From Diadema antillarum (lineage: Eukaryota), in the NCBI RefSeq assembly GCF_040938485.1, contig NW_027270941.1, positions 620,001 through 684,000 of the forward strand: a stretch of DNA of 64,000 nt. The letters are read 5' to 3'. Below are positions 37,279 through 49,900 of the stretch, piece by piece; position 1 is the stretch's first letter; every line of letters starts with the position of its first letter. A program made the translations under genes and the position numbers. The notes beneath the pieces were generated by a model. It did not search any database. It was not told where the DNA came from and saw only the letters and a list, made by a program, of their open reading frames with translations.

Positions 37279-38974
37279 ATACAACAACAAAAAACCACAC
37301 TGTCTCACATACACAGTGAACAACGCCGGAGTCGGGGTCATCAACGTATCGGAAGTCGCCAGCGTCGAAGTAGCGAAGAAACTCTTCGACATCAACTTCT
37401 TTGGCATGCTACGCCTTACACGGGAAGTACTCCCCAGTATGAAGAAGCGAAGGTCAGGGAGAATAATCAACATCAGTAGCAACAACGGAATATTTGGTAA
37501 TAATCCATTTTTTCTTTCTAACACTATGAAACCAAGTCTATCAAAGTGTCTTTAAATTGAGAAGAAAGAACATCACCCATTATTTTTGCTCATTCTTTGC
37601 ATTTCTATCTGTTTTACACGCACCTCTTTTACGTGAATACATGAATTAGCTATGATTTAAAATAAAAGGACATTAAGAAAACACTTCTATCATGCGACTT
37701 CCTCTGACGCAGTAATGAAACAGATTCTCTATGTGGCTAACTTTGAATAAAGTATGATCGTGCAGTACTGGGTGTGATAATAAATATATTATCAATAAGA
37801 TGGCAAATCAAAATCTATTTGTGAACGATATATAATTTGAATGTCGATGTGCCGTTCTGTCTCACCAGCTACAAATAAAATATCAGCGGTGTCCTCGGGG
37901 TCATGCCACGAGACCCACACCCACGAGTCATACAGCCCACGAGACCGACATTTTTGATTGAGAATAGGTCCATGAGTATACAACCCACGAGTTATATAGC
38001 CCAGGAGTTCGACACTATACACACCAAAATTGCTCATGAGATCAACATTACGCTAAAAGAGGCTCACGAGACCGACATTACGCTAAAAGAGGCTCACGAG
38101 ACCGACATTACGCTAAAAAGGCTCACGAGACCGACAGGATGAACAGCGCTATCTATAATATCAGTTACAAGTATGCATTTGTACAGGGTGTTGCATTAAT
38201 GACATAAAGTGAAAAATAACATACTGGCGAATGCACTTTCGTTACGTTATCGATTTTAACTAACTGGACAGGACAGACAGCGCCATCTCAACTACAAGGA
38301 TCTCGTGGTCTTTGTCTGCCTATATAGTGCCGGTCTCGTGAGCCTCTTTTGCGTATAGTGTCAGTCTCGGCTTTATTTGGCTATCAATATTAGTGTCGAA
38401 CGCATGGGCTGTATAAGCAAGGAGCTTGAAGCTCCTTGGTACAAGTAAAACAAAGTGGTCCTAATAAAAGGTGAGTTCCACCAATAGGACGTCTTTGTTT
38501 CTGGATGTATTTTCTGCAATATCACACCGGCGGCGGAACGATTTCAAAAGTAGGGGGCACTTTGGGGTTTCATGAGCTAACAAGCAAAAAGAGAACTAGT
38601 TTTCATCGAATAAACTTTGAATACTTCGTAGAATTGTATGCTCTTTCATATTTCATAAGTGGTTTCTAATTATCTCACGAAAGTAAAAAATTGAATCCCC
38701 CATCTCAACCAAAACAATACCATCCTTCGTAAAAACGCTTTATGTTGATCTGCTATATTCTTCCGCACAGCTTTTCCCTACCTGGGCCTGTACGCTGCGT
38801 CCAAACATGCCATCGAAGGATTCAGCCAAGAAATAGCAATCGTTTGTCGCTTCTTCAATGTTTGGTATGCAAATTTGTTCGTTTACATGTGTGTGTTTTA
38901 TATATAATTATAATAAAGTGAGTACTTTTATAGTATGTATCCATGTGTGTATGTGCAGATGTATTATAGGATGT

Positions 38975-39014
<40 letters not shown>

Positions 39015-40567
39015 GTGTGCGTATTTCACTTTATGTGTGTATGGGCGTATGTCTTTATGCAAGCAGGTGGCACATTGGTCTCTAACGATGAGTCATTATT
39101 TGGCAAATAAATGAGAGGTGACTCAACAAAGCAATTACAGTAAATAATGTGATACTTTTTTTCTGTCAAATGCATGCCTTTAAGAACGCTGTTAGTATTG
39201 TTGATGCAACATGATATGAAATTTGTCATTGGATGCGCGTTAATTAACACAATGTTAAAGTGGTGGCTATGTGGATGAAGAATAAGAACACACAGAGACA
39301 TTTTTAGAAAATAAAAGATGTTGTAAAAGTGACAGTTTGCGATTAACACTCGTGTCTGCCGAAGCTATAAATCCCTTATACACGTAAGTATAATTGAATA
39401 ATTATAATAAAATTTTTAATAGTAATGTACCGGAAACGCCCTTTGTAATTGAAAATTACTGTACATGGATGTGACATCTTACTATCAGGGTTAGTGTGAT
39501 CCAGCCCGGTCCCGTGAACACGGCGATGCGAGAAAACATCGGCGCCCTTGGTCTCGGGAGTGTCGGAGAAATACTTCAAAATCCCGACATCGACGACGTC
39601 GACAAGAGACTGGCGGAACATTTCCAGGACATGCACGGGCTCGCCGTGCAGCCCGTCGACGTGGCCGAGGTGGTGAAGGAGGCTGCACTTGCGGAGAAAC
39701 CGCACTTCCGTTACCAAACCTCGGAGGTGAACATCATTCACCGGCTAATAATGTTGTAATGTGAATTTATAATAATAATAGTATTAACCCAAGATAGAAT
39801 CAAGTTGCATGAGTTGAAGTCTCGAGAGCGGTATATTGTTTCCCCACAAGAACCAACGTTTTGTAACATCCTCTAAAGGAAAAAAAAAACCAACAACAAC
39901 CCATACCTAATGAAGACGAGAAAATCAACAAACCAACAGAAAAAATTCAATGAAAATGATCATTAATGAAAACACGAGAATAATTTATTAAGTAAAAGAG
40001 GTGTAGGCTGAGATGTGAATTTTCGTCATTTTGTCTCCGTCTAACAAAAAAGTTAGAGGGGAATAAATTGAAGAAAATTCACGTCTCAATAATCTTTTTT
40101 TTTAATTGTTAGTACATAATTGTGTCAAGAGAGTCACTTTAAAGAGGGGAATTATTCCCATATTCTTAATTTCTGCCTTGATGAATTACAGACACTTTGA
40201 ATGTGAAATTAATATTGTACTATGGCGCCAGATTCTGGTGCCGTAAGAGAGTTATTTACGAAAAAAAACACCAAATGATAATTATCATGAATAATACAGT
40301 CATTCGATAATCATGCTTCAGTTAGGACCTGTAGTTATTCTCTACTTTGCTTGTCTGGTCTTTGTGAAAAACAATCGGTTTTTTCTTTCTCTCTTTGTTC
40401 TTGCATATTTTTTTTAATGATATTTTAAAGAAATTATACGAACAATATTAATTCTTTACTTATAGCACGTACAAGAGTTTGCCAGAAAGGTGTTTGTCGA
40501 TCCGACAGGGGACAGCATCGTTGACTACCAAGCCGAGCTGCTGGAACAAAATGCCCCGAAGTGCTAA
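36200..40567 (+). CDS. Classical short-chain dehydrogenase/reductase, RDH8/17-beta-HSD1-like, 293 aa, 5 exons
   Basis: Exons 36200-36467, 37317-37496, 38771-38864, 39489-39726 and 40466-40567; GT-AG, phases 1,1,2,0; 882 nt in total. Motifs TGCSSGIG, MDVT, DILVNNAG, DINFFG, ISS, YAASK, IQPGPVNT, HFRYQT and C-terminal DPTGDS. Confidence 0.92.
36783..36900 (-). mobile_element. Very short 5'-truncated L2-like 3' end in SDR intron 1
   Basis: On the minus strand: stem-loop ggaaatc...aagccctgggctt...gatttcc, followed by aataaa and a (TTGAA)n tail. Confidence 0.45.
36977..37020. repeat. (GATT)n microsatellite
   Basis: Direct reading; preceded by (GATA)n. Confidence 0.95.
37997..38411. mobile_element. 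TA-flanked MITE with internal 30-bp tandem repeats, in SDR intron 2
   Basis: TIR TAGCCCAGGAGTTCGACACTA vs rc CAGCCCATGCGTTCGACACTA, flanked by TA. Three copies of acattacgctaaaagaggctcacgagaccg (38045-38133) and an inverted copy at ~38331-38370. Confidence 0.7.
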
Positions 40568-41991
40568 CTTTCGTCACGGTGTCACGAACACATGGACTTT
40601 TATTCCTTCGAAAACCAACGAACCACTCTCGTGTTGCAACTTGCTGTGTGGACAAAGTGAAATTAACCGTCGCGAATTGGCGCGCATTGACTCTGAAGTT
40701 ACTAGTATACCACTGGCAGCCATAGACTATTCTATGCAGAGGATGTCTACAGTATTTCTTGGTGAAACTTCAAAAGAAACTTCATGTCTATCTGAGATCA
40801 GGGAGACTTCATGAAGTAATGTTACACAAAATCATAACTCTTCTCGTTTATTGGTTATACAAACATCAAATTGTCAGAATTGCCATTTATAATTATGTAG
40901 TACAATGATATCAAAGGCCAGATTAATAATTTGAATTTATGTGTCTGTCATTTTGTTCCAATTACTGATCATTATTGTCTTGATATGAAGATATACGATA
41001 TTCTATAATGACTAAAGTGCTGAATTTACACATTGGCAATCATTTATTTCGTGAGTATTTATACAGTAACGGTACGGATTATCAGAATATTGATCGACAC
41101 TCCATAAACGCTGAATGTATACCTAATGAATAATTTCTACTACTATGACTTTAGTTGGAATTTTTTTAAAAATGACTTAAAGGGTGTTTTGTGCTTCTGA
41201 ACATACGGTAATGGTTACAGTCCTTAAATATCATTGTTTCTTGTGCACACGTTTTCATTCTTTTTAGTGAGTGAATCATGCCATTGTTATTTGTCAATGA
41301 ATCATTATCATATATCACGAGTAGTTGTTTTATAATATTACCCATCGCTATGATTCTCGTTCTGTATGACTGTGAGAATTAAAACAATTTACACATTGGT
41401 TTGTAACGTACCAAATTCTACAGTCAATGTATATACCTTATATTCACATGTATACCAGTTTCGAATTGTGTTTACTTTGAAAAAAAAAAACAGTATAGCT
41501 TTCGATCATGTTCGTTAACATCACTATTACTCTGTCGAGCTGAGGATTGTTGTACAAGACGAGAAAAGTGGTAATTCACGATGTAATTGTGGAGGTCATG
41601 TTTCCACACATTATAGTTCTGGTGAAGAATACTCCTGTCGAAAAAAAAAAAGGTTGAGAACGACAATAGTCATGATGAATATGACCAGAGTAGTCAGGGA
41701 GTAATGATTATGATAATCATTATTATTTCTAATGCACCACTACTTCAGGCAGAAATATGCTCCTATACATGTATAGCAAAATCGTCTGCGCATGCACGGC
41801 TCAAGAACAACAATAGTAATGATAACATCAGTCGTTTCTAGTTCTTTGAATGCGCATTTCATGGTTATGATAAAATGTTGATGCGTCTTTCTGACTACAA
41901 TAAAACAGCGTATACAAAGTACTAATTTTTCTCCAAATTTCGCTCTTCTGTTAGATAAGTATCATGAAAAGGCGTAGTACACAGAGGTACC

Positions 41992-42229
41992 TAAGTGAGA
42001 TTTTGAAAAAGGGAATCAGATATCATGAACAAATTCTTGGTTATCTGTTAAAGGGCCCCTGAAATCCAAATGCATGTTGATTCGTGTAGGGTATACCCTC
42101 ACGATCACTCTTAAGTGAGATTTTGAAAAAGGGAATCAGATATCATGAACAAATTCTTGGTTATCTGTTAAAGGGCCCCTGAAATCCAAATGCATGTTGA
42201 TTCGTGTAGGGTATACCCTCACGATCACT
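41992..42229 (+). repeat. Exact 118-bp direct duplication (period 120)
   Basis: 41992-42109 is identical by eye to 42112-42229. Confidence 0.9.
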
Positions 42230-42422
42230 TTTGCGGTGAAACGAATATTTAGAAACGTTCCATATTTTTTTACAATTTTTTTTCTTCTATTTTTGTTCAG
42301 ATTACTTGGGAACGCCCACAAAAAATCCTTCCAAACCAATATTCCTCAGATGACCTCATCTGTCAATCATTGCTAAAGTACCGATATGGTTAACAAAAGA
42401 CATTGGAGTGCACCTTCCCACC

Positions 42423-42574
42423 NNNNNNNNNNNNNNNNNNNNNNNNNNNNNNNNNNNNNNNNNNNNNNNNNNNNNNNNNNNNNNNNNNNNNNNNNNNNNN
42501 NNNNNNNNNNNNNNNNNNNNNNNNNNNNNNNNNNNNNNNNNNNNNNNNNNNNNNNNNNNNNNNNNNNNNNNNNN
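42423..42574. other. Assembly gap (N run)
   Basis: 152 consecutive N. Confidence 1.
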
Positions 42575-45198
42575 GTGACAACGCGCTCTGCTTCGTACAC
42601 AGTCACTCTGGGATACCTACGTCCACAACATGGCATCCGCCACACGACATCTTATTTCCCTTGCTTTCGTTTAAACGTTTGATCCAAAATATAAAGCAAA
42701 TGATAACTGTTCTGCGTAATTCAATTCGACTTTCTGGATAAAACTATTGGCTTCAGTGCCTCTGATAGTATTATTCACTTCGTTTGGAGTAGCTTCACCA
42801 GAAACTCTCCGAGGCCCGGCCAAGGCCTCATCATCCCCACCCCCCCCCCCCCCGAAAAAAACAAAAACAAAAACAAAAACAAAATAAAAAAGCGGCTTTA
42901 GCGTGTTCCTTCCATTGATTAAACGAAGCGGACTACTATATGTGAATTTAAAGGACTCGTATTATGCCTATGTCTAAAATCTCTGAGCTTCTATCAGTCT
43001 CATAAGTCAGTGCCGTTGTTAGCAAGCAAAGCCAAACACTCGGTTACTTGTACTTAGTAATTTGTGAAACGCGAAATCCCGCTACGGATACTTCTGACCA
43101 ATAGAATTGGTCCCCGTCGGTTAAACTTTGAGCATAGTCTTGTAAACAGCTGTTTGATGTTCGTACCCTTATGCGACAAGAAGCTAGACACAGGCGAAGT
43201 TGAGCTTGTTATAGAAAACGACTTATCCGGAACCGGGCGTATTTATCGTACTCTAGCTCTACGAACGGTGTGTATCCACAGAACTCAATACACAGTTCTG
43301 TGTGTGTATCCCGTACGCGTAAATGCACGAGGGATAATGTACGTAGATTATATAGTAGGGTCGCGTTCGTTGTATCATACAGGCGATACAGTGATCACCA
43401 GTACCAGCGCGAATCGAGTAGCGAGGGTTGAAGGCTTGGGGATATATCAACATCTACTTGCTGTAGTGTGCAGAGCCTGTCCCATAATTTCCCTGAATAA
43501 TCAATAATCGGCAATCTTTGACGTGTATGATATTCTAGTCCATTAACGCAGTATCGTCGGATTTGCATTTTTGGACCTCGTCGTTTAGAAACGACCGCAA
43601 CCCGTTCGGAACCCATTTCATCTAACGTTAACGTTACACGGCTCTTATTATTGGTAAGTAAAATATGATCTCCGGCTCGCTTCCAGTCGAAATAAATGTC
43701 AGCCAGAACTAGATTACTGCCATAATAGTGGTGATGGCACTGCAAAATGATTTTCATGAAGTACTTTTTCTATAAACATTATTTTGATACGGTAGTAGCC
43801 CGACCAGACGCCGTGCGAATAAAGCACAGCGGCTGGGCTGTTAAGTGTTATGTGTAAACTCAAGGAGCTTTGTTTGAAGCTCCTTGGTAAACTGTATTGT
43901 TATGAATGTTAACCCCGGGCGGGGTGTCCTTGTAAACTTCGCAGTTATGACTTATGTAGCAGTTGCCTGTTATTGTTACTGTTTAGTGTTAGTGTTAGCA
44001 GTCAACCATGGCATATAAGTGGGGCTATTGTATTATTACCGGTACTTTATTACTATCACAGCTCAAGGCTCACAGACACAGTCAGTCACAGCCCTGTCGC
44101 TGTAAAAATGCACAGCGTCTGGTCGGATCGGGCTAAAGGTATATAGGCTATTGCCATATTGTTAATATAGAATGTAATTCAACTGATATGTTAACGTTAG
44201 CTGGATCATCCGATGGCGATGGTGTCAACAGGAGGTATTGAAAAGAGCAGCTTTCTAAATCTGACATTAGTCTGTTCATTACTGCAATAGGCTTCAATTT
44301 GAACAAGCTTCTCTGCCCTCTTTATTTGGAGACTATAGTGCCAATTATTTGATTAGATCTAGAGCCAATAATATCCACTCCTGAGAGTACCTTGGTAGTC
44401 AATGCCATGCTCATAATGATGTTTACACCATGGAACTATTCAATTATTGAATTAATCTTCTACTTCTACGTGGATGCTCGGCAACGTCCAAGACTGGATA
44501 TACGCCGAGGTGGGTACGATGGGTGTAATGATTGTCTGTGAGCATGCTGAAATATATAATAATACAGGTACAGGAGTGAGTCTTTGGCAAGTAACTAAAA
44601 GGTATTGAATGTAGAATAACACGTGTCTTTGTAACTCTGATTTTTGTATTACATAGGGGGAAGGGCCTAGATTGTATATTTGAAGCCCAAAATGGAAAGG
44701 GGATGTATACCTATTTGATTGCATTTGTTACAAATTGTCATCTTTGAATGTGAAAGCTATGACTACGTATGAGATCTGCCCTTGATACACCAAGAATTTG
44801 CAAGTACAGGTACTATGGTATGCTGGCAAAGTTCTGTGATTGTAAAATTGCTTTCTTGTTCTGTACATTGTAGGCAGCAGATGCAATTTTTTTTTTTCTC
44901 ACGAGAACTCTACTTGAGGTGTTCTGACACACCTCTCACAAATGTTGGATAACACCGCATAATCTTCCTCCTCCCAACTTGACCAGTTCATCAGTGTCAA
45001 TTAAGCCTTCTTTGTAAACAAACCTGTTATCCAACGAGACCCATATCTCCCTGCTAATGTAATAATACTGTGCTATCTTGCCCTTTGAACCATCTGAGTA
45101 TGATACATTCATCCCACATGTCTCTATATCCCTCCTTGCAGAAATAAACAGAACACGCAGACACTGCTCAAAGCAGAACCGTTGCGAGGACATTGAAG

Positions 45199-46923
45199 AT
45201 GAAGTGCCAAACCTGTTATCACCTTGCTGCCATCGGCTTCGTGGCAGTCATCCTTGTGGATTATGTTCAGAGTGCCACCAGGGATTACTACAAGGTTTTA
45301 GGAGTTAGCAGGACAGCTTCAGACAGGGATATCAAGCGTGCTTTCCGCAAGTTAGCAGTCAAGTTCCACCCCGACAAGAGCAAAGACGCTAATGCAGAAG
45401 AGAAGTTCAGAGAGATAGCAAAAGGTAATCAGTTAAAAACAAGCAAAATGCATGTATACCCCCCCCCCCCCTTAGAACAATGACTGAGGGGCATGTACCA
45501 TGTCTTTAATTGCATTCGTGTGCATTGATCGAAACATTCTGCAGTATGCCAAATACAATACAACAGCCCCTAGTCACAAAATGTGATCTATGATCTTGGT
45601 GTGTGCATTGAAGCCAGTCATCCAGTGAACTACAAACCCTACCCTATAATGTAATTGTAGACCATGCAAAATCTAGATTTCAGACAACTCTTTCGAGCCA
45701 AACATAATATTCCAATGGCGTATATCCCAGACTAGAATTTGGACTCTTGGAGCTGCTTTAAAAAAAAAAAAGTAATCAGACTGAGAAGTTTAATTACCTT
45801 TAACTTGTAAGTTGCACTTTAGAGCACTTGTTTGCTGTGATTACTTTCTTTGAAGAAGAACATACGCTGTATTTGACATTTGTATTTGTTTGAAACATTT
45901 ATTCTGATGTTCTTGACTTGGAACCTCAGAAGCTGTTGGTCACATGAATTTAGGTTTGTTAGTGGCATATTCTCATTAATGGCTTGATTTTTTTTTTCCA
46001 TGATATTGCTACATAGCTTATGAGGTGCTTTCAGATGAGGACAAGAGGAAAGAGTATGACATGCTTGGAGCTGCTGCCTTTGAGGAACAACAATCGCGTG
46101 GGGGCGGAGGCCACAGGGGAGGCGGAGCCCACTTCAACTTTAACGAATTCTTTCATGGATTCGACGAAAGCTTCCGACAACACAGGGGACACGGAAGCCA
46201 AAAAGGACGCAAGCAAAAAGTAAAATTCGGCAACGGGTTCTTCGACTTCGGGTCATTCTGGGACGACGAGGAGGATGATTTTTTCGGCTTTGGTGGTGAC
46301 ATGGGCGGGTTTGGATTTGGAGGGGGCAACGGATTTGGTGGGGGACATGGGTTCGGTGGAGGACACGGCTTTGGGGACTTTGGATCAGGTTTCAGGAATG
46401 CACACTTCAGGGAACACCAGGTAAGCACACAGTTTGCCTGCATGCAAAATGAGAGTGACATTAAAGTCTTACAGCATTGTTCTACGTCACACAGTTATGA
46501 TTTCACTTAAATCACTCTATTAGTTTCTTTTTCTTCATAGAGCTTGTTTACATGCGATTTTGAGGGACATTGGAGAAAACGAAATGTAATGAATTTGAAT
46601 GAAAATAGGCAGAAAGCACACTTTCGGGAAATGCATGCGCATACACACAATTTTTTTATGGTCAAGATTCATAGTGAGAAAGTTGACATACACTGTACTG
46701 TAAAGCAAGGTATTTGTGTGGCCTGAAATTTTGGCAAATTGGAGTTGACAGCCCTGTTTGCGGCATGACATTTTAGCAAATTGCCACTAGCATTCAGTGC
46801 ATATAGTGTGTCTAGACAAGAACTGTCATGTATTTATTTGTTTCATGAGTCTTGGCTCGTGAAATTTGCAAAATTAAACTGCAGATGAAACTTTCTGATT
46901 TTACAGTAGCCATATCCGTCTGT

Positions 46924-46955
<32 letters not shown>

Positions 46956-49900
46956 TCTCTTTTCTGATCTTCTCTTGTCGTCTCTCCATCTACAGGCTCA
47001 GGGATTTCACAGTCAAGGTTCAAGATCAGGTAAGATGCCTCAAATTTCAATAATTAGATTACAGTATCGCACCCAATTTTGACATTTGATGTGAGGTGTA
47101 AATGTACCAAAGTCTAATCAATTGTACAGATCTATGTATAATAATTATAAATACAAGATGCTTGGTAAGTTGTTAAGTGACCTGTTATGTTTACACCATA
47201 TTTGGTGCAAATGCAAGTTTCTACTTTACACTCCGGACGAATAAACTGTAGTGATGCTTGCTGCTGCCAACATGATTCATGTACACAACGTTGCAGGCTA
47301 CTCTGCTTCACAATCATTCAAGAACCAATATGTTATATCACAATAAAAAAAATATTTAAAATGTACCACGGATAGATTGTCCAAAAGCATTGTTTCTGAT
47401 GATTGTATACTTAGTAAGTTGGTTAACTACATCCATGTATGTGGACAGATATTTCCATATCTGTACGTTGCTTCTGGTGAATGACACCTACAGCTCCATC
47501 TATAAGTCATGTTTGTCATCCTGTCATTGGTTTTTATCAAGTAGACTTTGTAATCTTATGTAAATTCACATGCCTAGGAGATCAGCTGCCAGCATTTGCG
47601 GTTGTTGTGGTTTTTTTAAGCCTTTTTATTTCTCATCAATGCATACATATCAGATGTTCATTTTATCTTCCACTTCCAATTAATGTAGCTGCACGAAAGC
47701 AAAAAGTTGTCCATCGAACTACACACAGAAGCAAAGGTGCCAATGTTGTTTCATTATATATTCTGTTTTGTGAGACATTCATGTGCACTTGTCTATCCAC
47801 ATCTAATCACCCTGCATGGTGTGTGGAAAAACTAAAACATTGAAATCTCATGTTGCCGTCTGTTGCATTCCTCCAAAAAGTAGCTAGTGATTCTTCAAGT
47901 TAAATTTGAAATTAGTGTAGATACATGTAGTCTTCATGAGTGCTTTTCCTCCTGGTAAAGTAAATCTGTAGAATGAGAATAAATGTGTTTTTTTTTTCAT
48001 CATGTTGCAGAGAATATTAACAGACTTACCATCCATACTGAATTGGGAGGAAAGAAATCTGAATTTTGACCATTCCCAGCTCTTGTTTCAACAGGGGTTT
48101 TCTGGATAATTTTACTAATTACCCCTTTCATATTGACCAAAAACACGGCACGTCCTCCGGAGGACGTGCCGTGTTCATCCCAGACCACTGTCAATATGAA
48201 AGCTCGACTCGGCGTGAACACAGCACGAACAGTGGATGAACATGGCGTGAAGTTTGTGCTAGACGCTGCCAATATGAACGGACACGGCATACAACCAGAA
48301 CCGGAAATCTCAGATATTAACAACAGCGAGCGCGCGTTAGTATGTATACAACTACACATGTGTGCTTTGTCTACATACAATGATCGTTTATTTATCGTAT
48401 AATGCCGTGGCAAATTGTTTGCCAACATGCAGAGATATCAAATTTGTCAGAACAACAAATGATTGAATAATAATAAAAAAACAAATAAAATATGTGCTGA
48501 CTACAAAGTAACATAGTTTATGTTTTATTTGTGTCTAAACAATTTTTACACTCATTTCACGTGTGAAATTGCAAGGTCAGTCAGTGTGTCTGCTTAGAAT
48601 TTGGTCAGTCAGCACTAGTAATTGACATGATTACTGACGACTGCCATGAGTGGCTATACATGCCTACACTGTACTGATTGCTGTCAGCTGTAATTGTATA
48701 TATTGTTGCAATTCGTTTGGAAAAATTTGTGGATTCGGCACTTTGGTGGACTGCCAGACTGTCGCTTTCATGAAAAGAGCGCGGGAAAACTGGCCGCAAG
48801 TAATCATGGCACCTTGTCCTGAGCAGGTTGCTATGGAAACGTGTGCTGAGTTCGTGCTGTGTTCGAAATCAATATGAAAGGGCATACGCACTGTACCTCG
48901 TGTGTACAAAAGGATTTGGGAGGTCAGTCACGCCATGTTCATCCCAGACGCAAGTCTAGCGTGACATCCGAGGATGCCAATATGAAAGGGGTATAAGTAC
49001 ACACTCATGTGGGGACTGCCCTTTCTTTCTTATTTTTGAGCCAAATTATCCCTACTTTTCAGGCAGAAAGATTGGGAGGGGTTTTTTTTTAAAGGCAGCA
49101 ATATCAAAATGACATTGCTCAGTCTGTACTGGATGTATAGATATTTCTTTTTTACGATCCAAAACAAGAGAATAGAAATAATTTTAAAACAAAATATATT
49201 GCATGCATACACTGTATTCTTTGCATACAGGTATTGCAATGACATCATCCTTGAAGTTTCCTTTATCCTCTTGAAGGCATAAATATGTTGATTACATATC
49301 ATTAATTCTCTGAATTTATAGATTTATGTATCATTATTCAGAAGATAAAATGTAGGATAATTCTTCTTATCATTAAACAGCCTTGAAATGATCTCTGGGC
49401 TCCAAAGAATCCCCATAATTTAGCTTCACTGATATAACATGTTCATATGTACAATGTAATTAACCTATTGATTGAATTACACTGTATGTATTTTGTTTTT
49501 GTTTTTATGGTGGCAGGCACTTAACATGAAGAAACTGCAATTCCACATTATCAGGACTCTCTATATACATTGTATACTAATTGGTTTAGGGAAAAGGGGT
49601 TACTACAACATGTTTAATGCGTACAGTGCCTTTTTAAAACGAAATAGAAAGTATTTTTCATTTTATGCTTTCTAACAGTGTACAATACATACAGGATACA
49701 GTTGATCTAGGTACATTGTGTAATGTAGACATTGCGGAAGAAATCAGTCCTGTGTCTCCTGTATCTCCTGTGTTCGCATGAATGCTTTACATGTCAGATG
49801 AAGAAGAATAGTTTTGGCATGAGCAATCACCAGTATGTAGGTATAGAAGTCATAGACAATCCCTTCCCAATCCTCAGTGACTTTCCTTCTCAAAACTTTG

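Noticed and set aside
38045-38133. CRISPR-like array of 30-bp repeats
   Set aside because: Repeats are head-to-tail with no unique spacers, lie in a eukaryotic intron inside a MITE, and no cas genes are present.
46153-46461. Pro-rich 102-aa minus-strand ORF
   Set aside because: Antisense of the Gly/Phe-rich DNAJB9 exon.
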